Of a DNA stretch of 64,000 nt, positions 29,343 to 39,045 are shown one piece after another (position 1 is the stretch's first letter; every line of letters starts with the position of its first letter). A program made the position numbers and the translations under genes. Origin of the DNA: Promethearchaeati archaeon SRVP18_Atabeyarchaeia-1 (GTDB taxonomy: Archaea > Asgardarchaeota > Atabeyarchaeia > Atabeyarchaeales > Atabeyarchaeaceae); assembly GCA_037308085.1 (NCBI GenBank), contig CP147779.1, positions 1,184,001 through 1,248,000 on the forward strand. Direction: 5' to 3'. Below the pieces are notes generated by a model, which was given only the letters and a program-made list of their open reading frames with translations, did no database searches and was not told the DNA's origin.

Positions 29343-30773
29343 TTGGAGACAAACAACAAGAAAGAGATCAAAGAGACTCTTGAAAAGATACTCGATACTG
29401 AGAAGCTGAGATACTGCTTTGACTGTGGGATCTGCACAGCTAGCTGTTCAGTTTCGGGGATGATGGGAAGAGACTACAACCCGCGAGAGCTGTTGGAAAG
29501 AGTCGCTTTGAACCCTGAGCGGGCTCTGACCTCTGATCAGCTTTGGCTATGTGCATGGTGCTATCGTTGCCATGAACGTTGCCCCCAGGCACTCATGCTT
29601 CCCGAGATCTTTTTGCTCATGCGCACAATAGCAGCTTCCCAAGGGCGGACGCAGCCCTTCGAGAGCGCACTTCACAAGATTGTAGAAACCATTCCTCTCC
29701 CCCTTGTGGCGTTGTCTGTATGTTTTCATCCTGAACGAGCAGGGTTGGACAGAGAGGAAGTGCTCGAAAAGGCCGAAAGGATTCGTAGAGAAAACTTCAA
29801 ACCAGGAAAACTCAGAGCCGATTCCGGAAAAAGCAAAATCGGCGTCTTGGGTTCTGGTCCAGCCGGACTGACGGTTGCATATGAACTTGTTTCGAAAAAC
29901 TACGATGTCACAGTCTTCGAATCTCTGCGTGAACCGGGCGGTATGTTAAGGAAATGCATACCAGAGTCTCGGCTGCCAAAACAAGTCTTGGCCAAGGAAA
30001 TACAGTTTCTCAAAGATCTAGGTGTCAACTTCAAAACTGGAACGACAGTGGGAAAAGATACGAGTTTCGAAGACTTGAAGAAGAAGGGTTTCAAAGCAGT
30101 CTTCGTAGGAGTTGGAGCCCACAAGAGCACAGGAATCAAAATCCAAGGAGCCGATGCCACCGGAGTAATTCACGCGCTTGACTTCCTGCGGAGCGCAAAC
30201 TTCGGAGAAAGAATGGAAATGGGGAAGAGCGTCGCAGTAATAGGCGGAGGAAATGTTGCGATGGACGCGGCGAGAACTGCTCTAAGGAAGGGAGCCAACG
30301 AGGTCACCGTTCTCTACCGACGTTCCAGAGACGAAATGCCTGCAATCCCCTGGGAGGTCAAGGAGGCGGAAGAGGAGGGCGTCAAAATCGAGTTCCTTGT
30401 GTCTCCAAAACGAATTACTGAAGAAAATGGGAAAGTCTCTGCCATTGAATGCATACGTATGGTATTAGGCGAGCCAGACGAGACCGGAAGAAGGACGCCG
30501 ACTCCATTGGAAGGCTCAGATTTCTCAAGGAAGACCGACATGGTTATCCTCGCTACTGGAGAGACTCCAGATCTTGGTTTTCTCCCGAAAGAAGTGGACA
30601 TCAATGCCGACGGTACCCTGTGGGTCAACCCCATTACGATGGAAACCAGTGTTAAAGGGGTTTTCGCGGGCGGAGACGCTGTTACGGGGCCAGCCACTGT
30701 AATAGAAGCGATCCGGGCAGGTAAGGATGCGGCCACATCAATCGAGAGTTACATTGCGTCCTTGGAGGGTTAG
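29343..30773 (+). CDS. HdrC-like 2x[4Fe-4S] domain fused to a GltD/NfnB-like FAD/NAD(P)H oxidoreductase
   Basis: CFDCGICTASC and WLCAWCYRCHERCP, then GSGPAG, GGGNVAMD, YRR, FAGGD. Confidence 0.88.
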   Translation: METNNKKEIKETLEKILDTEKLRYCFDCGICTASCSVSGMMGRDYNPRELLERVALNPERALTSDQLWLCAWCYRCHERCPQALMLPEIFLLMRTIAASQGRTQPFESALHKIVETIPLPLVALSVCFHPERAGLDREEVLEKAERIRRENFKPGKLRADSGKSKIGVLGSGPAGLTVAYELVSKNYDVTVFESLREPGGMLRKCIPESRLPKQVLAKEIQFLKDLGVNFKTGTTVGKDTSFEDLKKKGFKAVFVGVGAHKSTGIKIQGADATGVIHALDFLRSANFGERMEMGKSVAVIGGGNVAMDAARTALRKGANEVTVLYRRSRDEMPAIPWEVKEAEEEGVKIEFLVSPKRITEENGKVSAIECIRMVLGEPDETGRRTPTPLEGSDFSRKTDMVILATGETPDLGFLPKEVDINADGTLWVNPITMETSVKGVFAGGDAVTGPATVIEAIRAGKDAATSIESYIASLEG

Positions 30774-30778
30774 AAGTC

Positions 30779-33208
30779 ATGGCACAAGAAAAGCGACCAG
30801 AAGTTATGCAAGATCACGACCCAGTTAGAATTGGAGTATATGTTTGTCACTGTGGATTGAATATTGCTGGCTCTGTCGATTGCGCAGAAGTCGCAAAGTT
30901 TGCTGCAAGCCTTCCCAATGTTGTTCTTGCAAAAGATAACCGATATACGTGCTCAGACCAAGGGCAAGAGATAATCAAGAAGGATATCAAGGAACAGAAT
31001 CTCAATCGCGTCGTGGTAGCGTCTTGCTCGCCTCGCCTCCATGAACCGACATTCAGAAAGACATGTGAAGACGCCGGACTGAACAAGTACCTTTTCGAAA
31101 TGGCCAACATACGTGAACAATGTAGCTGGGTTCACCTCTATGACAAGAAAGGAGGAACCGAAAAGGCGAAGGATCTCGTGAGAATGGCTGTAGCCAAAGT
31201 CGCCTTGCTTCAACCGGCGCAAGAAGTCGAAGTCCCGATTACTCGTAAAGCGCTCATAATAGGAGCTGGCGTGGCCGGCATTCAGGCCGCCTTGGATCTC
31301 GCTGAAACAGGATACAAAGTCTACGTCGTGGAAAAGGAGCCAAGTATAGGGGGCATGATGGCCAGAATTGACAAGACTTTTCCGACGATGGACTGCTCGA
31401 TCTGCATACTTGCCCCGAAAATGTCCGATGCTGGACATCATCCAAACATAGAACTGATGACTAACAGCGAAGTTGCCGACGTTAAGGGATACATCGGCAA
31501 CTTCCAAGTGAAAGTGACGAAAAAACCCCGTTTCGTCAAGAAGGACTGCTCAGCATGTGGCGAATGCGCGAAGGTCTGCCCGATAGTTATGCCCAATGAA
31601 TTTGATGTGGGCCTAGCCACAAGGCATGGGATCTACACGCCATTTGCGCAAGCAGTGCCATCAACCTACATAGTAGATATGAGCCACTGTCTAAACAAAG
31701 ATGGTGTAATAGTCTGCGACAAGTGCGTCAAAGCCTGCGAAAGGCAGGCCATAGACTTTGACATGAAGACCGAGAATGTTGACCTCAACATAGGAACGAT
31801 AATTGTAGCGACTGGTGCTGATGTATTCGACCCATCGATACTGCCAAACTATGGGTACGGCAAATATCCAAATGTAATCACATCCTTGGAGTTTGAAAGA
31901 CTTATCAATGCAGGAGGGCCATCTGGTGGGCGGTTGCTGAGACCCAGTGATCTAGAGATTCCTAAGTGCGTGGCGTTCGTCCAGTGTGTCGGCTCGCGAT
32001 CCAACAAGACCGGAAAGCAGTACTGCAGTAATGTCTGTTGCATGAACACGATAAAGGACGCTCTGTTGATTAAGGAGCATTGGCCAGAAACTGAGATCAG
32101 CGTTTTCTACATTGACATTAGAGCTTACGGAAAGGGTTTCGAGGACCTCTACACACGAGCCAAGAAAGAAGGTGTCAAATTCATACGTGGACTTCCGGCA
32201 GAAATCTTAGAGGACAAAACAAGCCACAACATCCAGCTCGTTGGCGAGAACACTCTACTGAAGGAATTATACAGAATGGACGCTGACATGGCGATTCTGT
32301 CAATAGGTCTGGAATCGCGAAAAGACAGTGAAACAATTCAACGGCTACTGACAATTTCCAGAGATCAAGACGGGTTCTTCCTTGAAGCACACCCAAAACT
32401 CAGGCCAGTAGACGCTGCCACCGGAGGAATATTCTTTGCGGGCTGTGCTGAGGCTCCCAAGGACATCAAGGACAGCGTGACCCAAGCCAGTGCAGCCGCA
32501 GCTCGGGCAGGGATCTTGATGGCAAAGGGAAAAGTGACTGTCGAAGCCATTACGCCAATCTACGATGCCGAAAAATGTAAGGCATGTGGACTCTGCGTGA
32601 AAGTATGCCCATATAATGCAATCACATTAGACAAAGAAAGAAAAGTCATCAACATCGTGGAGGCTGCCTGTGGCGGATGCGGAACCTGTGCGGCTGAATG
32701 CGCATTTGGCGCTCTTACACAGAGCCACTTCACAGACGAACAGATCTCGGCACAGATTGATGCCGCAACAGAGGAAGCGCCAGAAAAGAAAGCAGTCGCA
32801 TTTTGCTGCAACTGGTGTTCATACGCAGGTGCAGACTTTGCCGGTGTGAGCAGAATGCAGTATCCACCAGACGTACGAATAATCCGGACCATGTGTTCGG
32901 GGCGCGTGGCTCAGAAATTCGTTGAAAGAGCTTTCGCTAGAGGCGCCGCAACTGTGCTAGTAGCTGGCTGCCATCTTGGAGATTGCCACTACATTAATGC
33001 CAATTACCAGACACAGAAACGCGTAGAACGTTTATGGAAAAAGATGGAGCAGAGCGGGCTAGACAGGGAAAGGCTTCAGCTGCTGTGGGCTTCTGCTGCA
33101 GAAGGCGAGAGATTCGCCAACAAGATTCGTGAATTGCACTCGATAATCGAGAAGGTGAAGCCTGAGGACATTGAGAAGTCTAGAAAGACTTTCGCAAAAA
33201 GTCTGTAG
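30779..33208 (+). CDS. hdrA: Heterodisulfide reductase subunit A fused to MvhD
   Basis: IGVYVCHCG, CSPRLHE, KTFPTMDC, QCVGSR, YCSNVCC; C-terminal FCCNWCSY...RTMCSGR...GCHLGDCHY. Confidence 0.95.
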   Translation: MAQEKRPEVMQDHDPVRIGVYVCHCGLNIAGSVDCAEVAKFAASLPNVVLAKDNRYTCSDQGQEIIKKDIKEQNLNRVVVASCSPRLHEPTFRKTCEDAGLNKYLFEMANIREQCSWVHLYDKKGGTEKAKDLVRMAVAKVALLQPAQEVEVPITRKALIIGAGVAGIQAALDLAETGYKVYVVEKEPSIGGMMARIDKTFPTMDCSICILAPKMSDAGHHPNIELMTNSEVADVKGYIGNFQVKVTKKPRFVKKDCSACGECAKVCPIVMPNEFDVGLATRHGIYTPFAQAVPSTYIVDMSHCLNKDGVIVCDKCVKACERQAIDFDMKTENVDLNIGTIIVATGADVFDPSILPNYGYGKYPNVITSLEFERLINAGGPSGGRLLRPSDLEIPKCVAFVQCVGSRSNKTGKQYCSNVCCMNTIKDALLIKEHWPETEISVFYIDIRAYGKGFEDLYTRAKKEGVKFIRGLPAEILEDKTSHNIQLVGENTLLKELYRMDADMAILSIGLESRKDSETIQRLLTISRDQDGFFLEAHPKLRPVDAATGGIFFAGCAEAPKDIKDSVTQASAAAARAGILMAKGKVTVEAITPIYDAEKCKACGLCVKVCPYNAITLDKERKVINIVEAACGGCGTCAAECAFGALTQSHFTDEQISAQIDAATEEAPEKKAVAFCCNWCSYAGADFAGVSRMQYPPDVRIIRTMCSGRVAQKFVERAFARGAATVLVAGCHLGDCHYINANYQTQKRVERLWKKMEQSGLDRERLQLLWASAAEGERFANKIRELHSIIEKVKPEDIEKSRKTFAKSL

Positions 33209-33221
33209 GTGAAAATAAGCG

Positions 33222-33500
33222 ATGCCTGAAAGAATTAGACATGCCCCCCTAGACGCCAAGAGCGTAAAATCACCGAAAGGCGAGATACACCTAATCAAGG
33301 ACCAATGTAAGGGTTGTAGCTATTGCATTGAATTCTGTCCAAAAAAGGTACTAGAAGAATCACAGGAAATAAACGCCCGTGGTGTTCATCCGCCTAGAGT
33401 AGCTGACGAAAGCAAGTGCGTCGTCTGCAATTTCTGCACATCTGTCTGTCCGGACTTTGCGATTTACGTTCTCGAGAAACCATGCAAGGAAGGTTGCTAA
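33222..33500 (+). CDS. korD: 2-oxoacid:ferredoxin oxidoreductase delta (ferredoxin) subunit
   Basis: CKGCSYCIEFCP and CVVCNFCTSVCPDFAI; operon position. Confidence 0.88.
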   Translation: MPERIRHAPLDAKSVKSPKGEIHLIKDQCKGCSYCIEFCPKKVLEESQEINARGVHPPRVADESKCVVCNFCTSVCPDFAIYVLEKPCKEGC

Positions 33501-33502
33501 GT

Positions 33503-34654
33503 ATGAGCAGGAAAGAGGTTTTTCCAACTGGTTCTCAATTCATGAATGGCGACATTGCGTGCGCGGAGGGCGCGATTGCAGCTGGTTGTAGATTTTTCGC
33601 CGGCTATCCAATTACCCCAGCAACTGAAATTGCCGAGCACCTCTCCCAGAGGATGCCAGAGTGCCGCGGAGTCTACATCCAAATGGAAGACGAAATCGCG
33701 TCGATGGCGGCTGTAATTGGAGCTTCTTATACTGGTTTGAAGGCTATGACCGCTACATCTGGACCAGGCTTCAGCCTCATGCAGGAAAACATAGGTCTAG
33801 CCGTAATGACAGAAGCACCATGCGTAGTCGTAGACATCATGCGTGGTGGGCCGAGCACCGGACAGCCGACCCTGCCGGGCCAACAGGATGTGATGCAGGC
33901 CAAGTGGGGTTCCCACGGAGATTATGGAATAATCGCGCTCTCACCTTCTTCCGTTCAAGAGATGTTTGACTTGACAGTTGAAGCTTTCAACCTCTCCGAG
34001 ACGTACAGGGTTCCGACATTACTTATGGGGGATGAGATTGTTGGACATATGTGGGAGAAGGTTGTAATTCCTGCGCCTAGCCAGATAAAGATAATGAACC
34101 GTAAGAAACCTAATGTTTCACCGGACAAGTACGAGCCTTTTATGCCTGACGACAACTTAGTCCCACCAATGGCATGTTTCGGCGAGGGGTATCATTTTCA
34201 CGCTACGGGCCTAACTCATGATGAACGCGGGTTTCCACGAACATCGAGTTCCGAAACTCAGTCTAAACTCGTCAGACGATTGTGTGACAAGATCAGTAGG
34301 AATGCCGACAGGATCATAAGGCTTCAAAAAATGTCGCTTGAAGACGCCGATGTCGGTGTATTTGCGTATGGGATAGTTGCTCGAGCTGCCCTAAGCGCTG
34401 TAAAGAGAGCGCGGGAAAAGGGAATAAAGGCTGGCCTTCTTCGTCCTATCACATTGTGGCCTTTCCCAGAGAAGGAAGTTGAAAGAATGGCGCAGAAGGT
34501 TAAGGCAATAGTTGTACCAGAGATGAACTGCGGGCAGCTGGTACGGGAAGTTGAGAGAAGTGCGAAAGAGACTCCCGTAAACTTTCTCGGGAAGCTGGGA
34601 GAGGATCCTCATACGCCGGCGGAGATTTTCGATGCGATCAGGAAGTGTTGCTGA
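33503..34654 (+). CDS. korA: 2-oxoacid:ferredoxin oxidoreductase alpha subunit
   Basis: GYPITP, EDEI, TSGPG, RGGPSTG. Confidence 0.93.
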   Translation: MSRKEVFPTGSQFMNGDIACAEGAIAAGCRFFAGYPITPATEIAEHLSQRMPECRGVYIQMEDEIASMAAVIGASYTGLKAMTATSGPGFSLMQENIGLAVMTEAPCVVVDIMRGGPSTGQPTLPGQQDVMQAKWGSHGDYGIIALSPSSVQEMFDLTVEAFNLSETYRVPTLLMGDEIVGHMWEKVVIPAPSQIKIMNRKKPNVSPDKYEPFMPDDNLVPPMACFGEGYHFHATGLTHDERGFPRTSSSETQSKLVRRLCDKISRNADRIIRLQKMSLEDADVGVFAYGIVARAALSAVKRAREKGIKAGLLRPITLWPFPEKEVERMAQKVKAIVVPEMNCGQLVREVERSAKETPVNFLGKLGEDPHTPAEIFDAIRKCC

Positions 34655-35517
34655 TGGTCGAGCAGAGAGTCGAGCAAACGAGTGAGCAGGGAATTGAGCA
34701 TCCTTTCCTGAAATACTTGAGAAAAGCAATGATGCCTCATATATGGTGCCCAGGATGCGGTAACGGGACGGTCTTGAACTCCTTCGTCCACGCCATCGAT
34801 GAACTGAAGATGGACGTAAACAAGATCGTAGTCATATCAGGCATAGGATGCATTGGTCGAACCGCGGGATACGTAAATACGGATTCGTTTCACACTACGC
34901 ACGGGCGCGCGCTAGCATTTGCGACAGGAGTAAAATTGGCGAATCCGGAATTGCAGGTTGTCGTCATAAGTGGAGACGGTGACCTGTTCGCCATCGGGGG
35001 AAACCATTTCATTCACACTGCACGCAGGAACTTGGGGATCAAAGTAATCTGTGTAAACAACTTCAATTATGGGATGACGGGTGGGCAAGCGGGTCCGACA
35101 ACACCCCTCGAATCAATAACGACGACAACCTCTCGCGGAAACATTGAGCGCCCTTTCAACCTCATGCACCTAGCGGCAGCATCAGGAGCAGTCTACGCGG
35201 CAAGATGGACAACTCTAGACGCGCGGAGGTTGACTCAGTCAATCAGGAAGATGTTGCAGAAAGAGGGTTTTGCATTCATCGAGGTGATATCTCCTTGCCC
35301 AGAGATTTTCGGGCGATATAATAAGAGGAAGTCTGGGCTAGAGAACATGGCGTGGTTCAAGAAATCGGCAGTGGTGGAGAGCTTCTCGGATCCAGCCAAG
35401 GCGGAGATAACCACGGACAAAATACCTATCGGGGAGTTCGTGGATATAGAGAAGCCGAGTTATGAAAAGCTGCTAGATCAGAAAATGTCTCGGATTAACG
35501 AGAAGACTTTGCGGTAG
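34654..35517 (+). CDS. korB: 2-oxoacid:ferredoxin oxidoreductase beta subunit
   Basis: WCPGCG, SGIGC, HGRA, GDGD, YGMTGGQ. Confidence 0.93.
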   Translation: MVEQRVEQTSEQGIEHPFLKYLRKAMMPHIWCPGCGNGTVLNSFVHAIDELKMDVNKIVVISGIGCIGRTAGYVNTDSFHTTHGRALAFATGVKLANPELQVVVISGDGDLFAIGGNHFIHTARRNLGIKVICVNNFNYGMTGGQAGPTTPLESITTTTSRGNIERPFNLMHLAAASGAVYAARWTTLDARRLTQSIRKMLQKEGFAFIEVISPCPEIFGRYNKRKSGLENMAWFKKSAVVESFSDPAKAEITTDKIPIGEFVDIEKPSYEKLLDQKMSRINEKTLR

Positions 35518-35527
35518 ATGAGCAAAG

Positions 35528-36073
35528 ATGCGCGTCGAAGTTAGGTTCGCAGGTTTTGGCGGTCAAGGCATCATCAAGTCTGGGATTATTACGGCTGCAA
35601 GCGCATGTATTCACGGCAGTAAGAATGCAGTTCAGACGCAGTCGTACGGCCCGGAGTCAAGAGGTGGAGCATGTAAGTCTGAGGTCGTTATCTCAGAAGA
35701 TGACATAGATTTTCCGAAAGTCACTGAACCGGACGTGCTGGTTGTGATGTCTCAACACGCCTACAACGACTACTCAGAGGATCTGAAAACGGGGGGCACA
35801 ATGATCTTGGACCCTGATATGATTCCTAATGAGAAGGATCTTAGAAACGTCAGGGTGTTTCATGTGCCAGCCACAAAGATCGCGGAAGAACTACGAAACA
35901 AGATAGTAGCGAATATTGTAATGTTAGGTGCCTTCACAGCTATCACGGGAATAGTTGATGAAAATGCCATCAAAGCATCAATAAAAGAAAACATTCCCCG
36001 GGGAACTGAGGAACTCAACCTCAAGGCTTTTGAGAAAGGCTATGAATATGGGAAGAGGCTTCTAAGAAGCTAG
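35528..36073 (+). CDS. korC: 2-oxoacid:ferredoxin oxidoreductase gamma subunit
   Basis: GFGGQG, SYGPESRGG, ANIVMLGA. Confidence 0.93.
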   Translation: MRVEVRFAGFGGQGIIKSGIITAASACIHGSKNAVQTQSYGPESRGGACKSEVVISEDDIDFPKVTEPDVLVVMSQHAYNDYSEDLKTGGTMILDPDMIPNEKDLRNVRVFHVPATKIAEELRNKIVANIVMLGAFTAITGIVDENAIKASIKENIPRGTEELNLKAFEKGYEYGKRLLRS

Positions 36074-36141
36074 ACCAAGCTCGGACCAAACTCAGGTCGG
36101 CTAGCGAATTCCCCGCATCGTTTGAATCCGTTGGCTCGTTG

Positions 36142-36996
36142 TCATGCTGAGCTGGTGAGAAGTTCCTCCAGCGTTGTTTTTCCTTTCATCTTCTCTTGGA
36201 GAGCCTTAATCTTCTCGTTCAGCGTCGCAACCTTGACATCGTATAGGACTCCAAAGTACAGGGGATCCTCTTTGAGCGCCATATCTAGGGCTTTTATCTT
36301 GCTTGTCACATCATGCGATTGATCTAGATTCTTGGCCCGACCTTTTATGGAAGCGTAAGTGTTGTTGAAGGCTACACAGGGGCTGACCGCCTCAACAAAA
36401 GCAAAACCCTTGTGCTCAAATGCCTTAACGATAAGTTCGGTCAACTGCGTAGGGTTGCCTGCGAATCCCCTAGCCACAAAACTAGCACCAGTGACTATGG
36501 CAACTGCCGAGGGGTTCAAAGGCGCCTCAAGGGCTCCATAGGGTGTACTGCGTGTGACCGTGCCCTCAAGGGTAGTTGGGGATACCTGTCCTTTCGTCTG
36601 TCCGTATATGGAATTATTCATCATTATGTAAGGTAGTTCGATGTTCCGCCTGCATGCGTGTATGAAATGCCCGCCGCCTATGGATATCCCATCTCCGTCG
36701 CCTCCAACCACTATGACGTGGAGATCTGGTCGTGCAAGTTTCAGTCCCGAAGCTACTGCTAAGGCTCTCCCATGGACGGTGTGAAATCCATATACTTTGA
36801 GGAAACTTGGGGTTCTGCTTGAGCAGCCGATTCCTGAAATTAAGGCTATTTCCCAAGGATTGTAGTTCTTCAGGCTCATCGCGTTCGTAAGCGAGGTGTA
36901 CACCCCGTAGTCGCCACAGCCTGGGCACCAGACAGGTTTCACATCACTCTTGTAGTCCGAGGGGGTGAACTTCTTTTGCGCTACTGTCATTTTCAT
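36142..36996 (-). CDS. 2-oxoacid:ferredoxin oxidoreductase beta subunit (two-subunit type)
   Basis: WCPGCGD, GIGCS, HGR, GDGD, YGQTKGQ. Confidence 0.93.
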   Translation of the reverse strand: MKMTVAQKKFTPSDYKSDVKPVWCPGCGDYGVYTSLTNAMSLKNYNPWEIALISGIGCSSRTPSFLKVYGFHTVHGRALAVASGLKLARPDLHVIVVGGDGDGISIGGGHFIHACRRNIELPYIMMNNSIYGQTKGQVSPTTLEGTVTRSTPYGALEAPLNPSAVAIVTGASFVARGFAGNPTQLTELIVKAFEHKGFAFVEAVSPCVAFNNTYASIKGRAKNLDQSHDVTSKIKALDMALKEDPLYFGVLYDVKVATLNEKIKALQEKMKGKTTLEELLTSSA

Positions 36997-37032
36997 TCCT
37001 CCAACTCACTGTCGCTCTCAGAAATTCCACAT

Positions 37033-38763
37033 TCACGGGGCAATCTCCTTGATCTTCTCATAGACCTCATTGGTTGTAAATGGTAGTCCCGTCGTCTTCC
37101 GGAGCGGGACTGATTCCCTGAGCAATGTCTTCTTCAGTAGACTCGAAAGATGACCTGTCGCATTCAACTCCGCAACAATAATTCTGTCCACGCTATCCAA
37201 GTAAGGCTTGATCTGTCTGACTGGCAAGGGCGAAAGCATCAAAATATGTAGTGATGACACCTTCTTTCCTTCCTTGCTTGCCTTGGCTACTGCTTCCCTC
37301 ACTGCACCCTCTGATGGCCCCCAGCTTACTACGCCAACGTCAGCCTTCCTGTTGCCAGCTGGAAACACTCTCGTCATGTTTGGCTCGTCTTCAGCCCTCC
37401 TGAGTTTCAGAAGTCGCTTATCCATCATCATTTGATGAATCTCAGGCTCGTAACTGAATGTTGCATTCTCAAGTCTCTCGAGGCTTTCCGAAATATAGAT
37501 ACCGCGTTTGTCGCCCGGAATCGCCATCGGCGAAACACCGTCTTTCGTCACCTCGTACCTCTTGTAGTGACCCGACTGCTCAACCTCCTTGTAATTTGGT
37601 CTCAACCTGTTCTCGACTTGAATCTTCGAGAGATCCGGTTTCTCGATCATCTCACCGCGATCCGATAACGATTGCTCAGAAAGGAGTATTGCAGGCATCT
37701 GCAGTCGTTCAGCCAAGTTGAATGCTTTGATAGTCAGATAGAAGCAGTCTTCAACATTCGCTGGGGCAAGTACGATCCGAGGCGCATCACCATGTCCTTG
37801 GTACAAGGCTGCATTAAGGTCTCCTTGTTCGGTCTTAGTAGGCATACCAGTACTTGGTCCAGCTCTTTGGACATCTACTATTACAACAGGTATTTCGGAC
37901 ATAGAGGCTAGGCCAAGGGTCTCAGCCATGAGTGAGAAGCCTGGACCAGAGGTTGCTGTCATGGACTTTACGCCGCCGAATGAAGCTCCAATCGCAGCTG
38001 ATAGTGCGGCAAGCTCATCCTCGGTCTGAAACAGTGTTCCGCCAAACTTTGGGAACTCACGAGCTAGGAATTCCATAATAGTTGTTGAAGGTGTGATCGG
38101 ATAGCCTGAGAAAAATCTGCACCCAGCTGCTATCGCTCCCAGAGCGATAGCGATGTTCCCGCTCTGAAATATCTTGGTAGGAGAAACCTTCGGTTTCGGC
38201 AATTCGTAAGTCATCGGCGAGTTCTTCTCTGAGTGCTCGAAACCCAACTTCAGCGCATCGATGTTCTTCTCAACACCCTTGAATCGCTTCTGAACGAGGT
38301 CAGAAATGATTCCGATTGGTATTGACAGAATATACGCTGCGGCACCAAGGGCAACCATGTTCTTGGTCCTAGCGACTCCCACCTTTTCCTTGGATATGCT
38401 AGTCATAGGCAAGCCATACAAACTCAATGAAGGTCTCATTTTGGGTGGCGACGTAAGAAGATCTGGATCGTATACAGCCAGTCCCTTGTCATGGACGCTG
38501 TTGATGTGTGCGTCTAATGAGGTTTCATCAAAAGCGATTAAGACGTCCATGGAATCCCATGGCGACAGAGTATTCTCAATTCCAAGTCTCACTTGGTAAA
38601 GGCTCTGGCCTCCAGTGACTTCGGCAGGATATGTTCTGAAATTGCACAAGCTCATGCCGAGTTTAGCGGCGGCAAGCGTCAGGATTTCACCAGCAGTTAT
38701 TATCCCCTCGCCTGATTCGCCTGCTATCCTAAGGATTATGTCAGAAACCTTGACAGATCCCAT
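37033..38763 (-). CDS. 2-oxoacid:ferredoxin oxidoreductase alpha subunit (gamma-alpha fusion)
   Basis: GESGEG, YPAE, GYPITP, TSGPG, RAGPSTG; ATG at 38763. Confidence 0.93.
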   Translation of the reverse strand: MGSVKVSDIILRIAGESGEGIITAGEILTLAAAKLGMSLCNFRTYPAEVTGGQSLYQVRLGIENTLSPWDSMDVLIAFDETSLDAHINSVHDKGLAVYDPDLLTSPPKMRPSLSLYGLPMTSISKEKVGVARTKNMVALGAAAYILSIPIGIISDLVQKRFKGVEKNIDALKLGFEHSEKNSPMTYELPKPKVSPTKIFQSGNIAIALGAIAAGCRFFSGYPITPSTTIMEFLAREFPKFGGTLFQTEDELAALSAAIGASFGGVKSMTATSGPGFSLMAETLGLASMSEIPVVIVDVQRAGPSTGMPTKTEQGDLNAALYQGHGDAPRIVLAPANVEDCFYLTIKAFNLAERLQMPAILLSEQSLSDRGEMIEKPDLSKIQVENRLRPNYKEVEQSGHYKRYEVTKDGVSPMAIPGDKRGIYISESLERLENATFSYEPEIHQMMMDKRLLKLRRAEDEPNMTRVFPAGNRKADVGVVSWGPSEGAVREAVAKASKEGKKVSSLHILMLSPLPVRQIKPYLDSVDRIIVAELNATGHLSSLLKKTLLRESVPLRKTTGLPFTTNEVYEKIKEIAP

Positions 38764-39045
38764 ATCTCTTCCAACCCTAGAATTCATGAATAGTGCAAGA
38801 GCAATAGCCCTGCCACTCGGAACAGATCGTTCCATTCACCAGTGAATTTGCTGAGATATAATCCAGTAATGGAATACTCAGCCCAATTCTTAAGTCTTAG
38901 CTTGGTTTCTCAATTGTTTAATTGATGCTATATTCACATTAACAAAGGACCCACATGCTTAATTAACGGTCATCAGCTTTGAAACTATCTGATTGCTGCG
39001 TATTCATTAATATTCAGCAAAGTGTACGATGGAGGCCCACACGTT

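Noticed and set aside
30779-33208. Selenocysteine in HdrA/MvhD
   Set aside because: The ORF is uninterrupted with Cys codons; no in-frame TGA.
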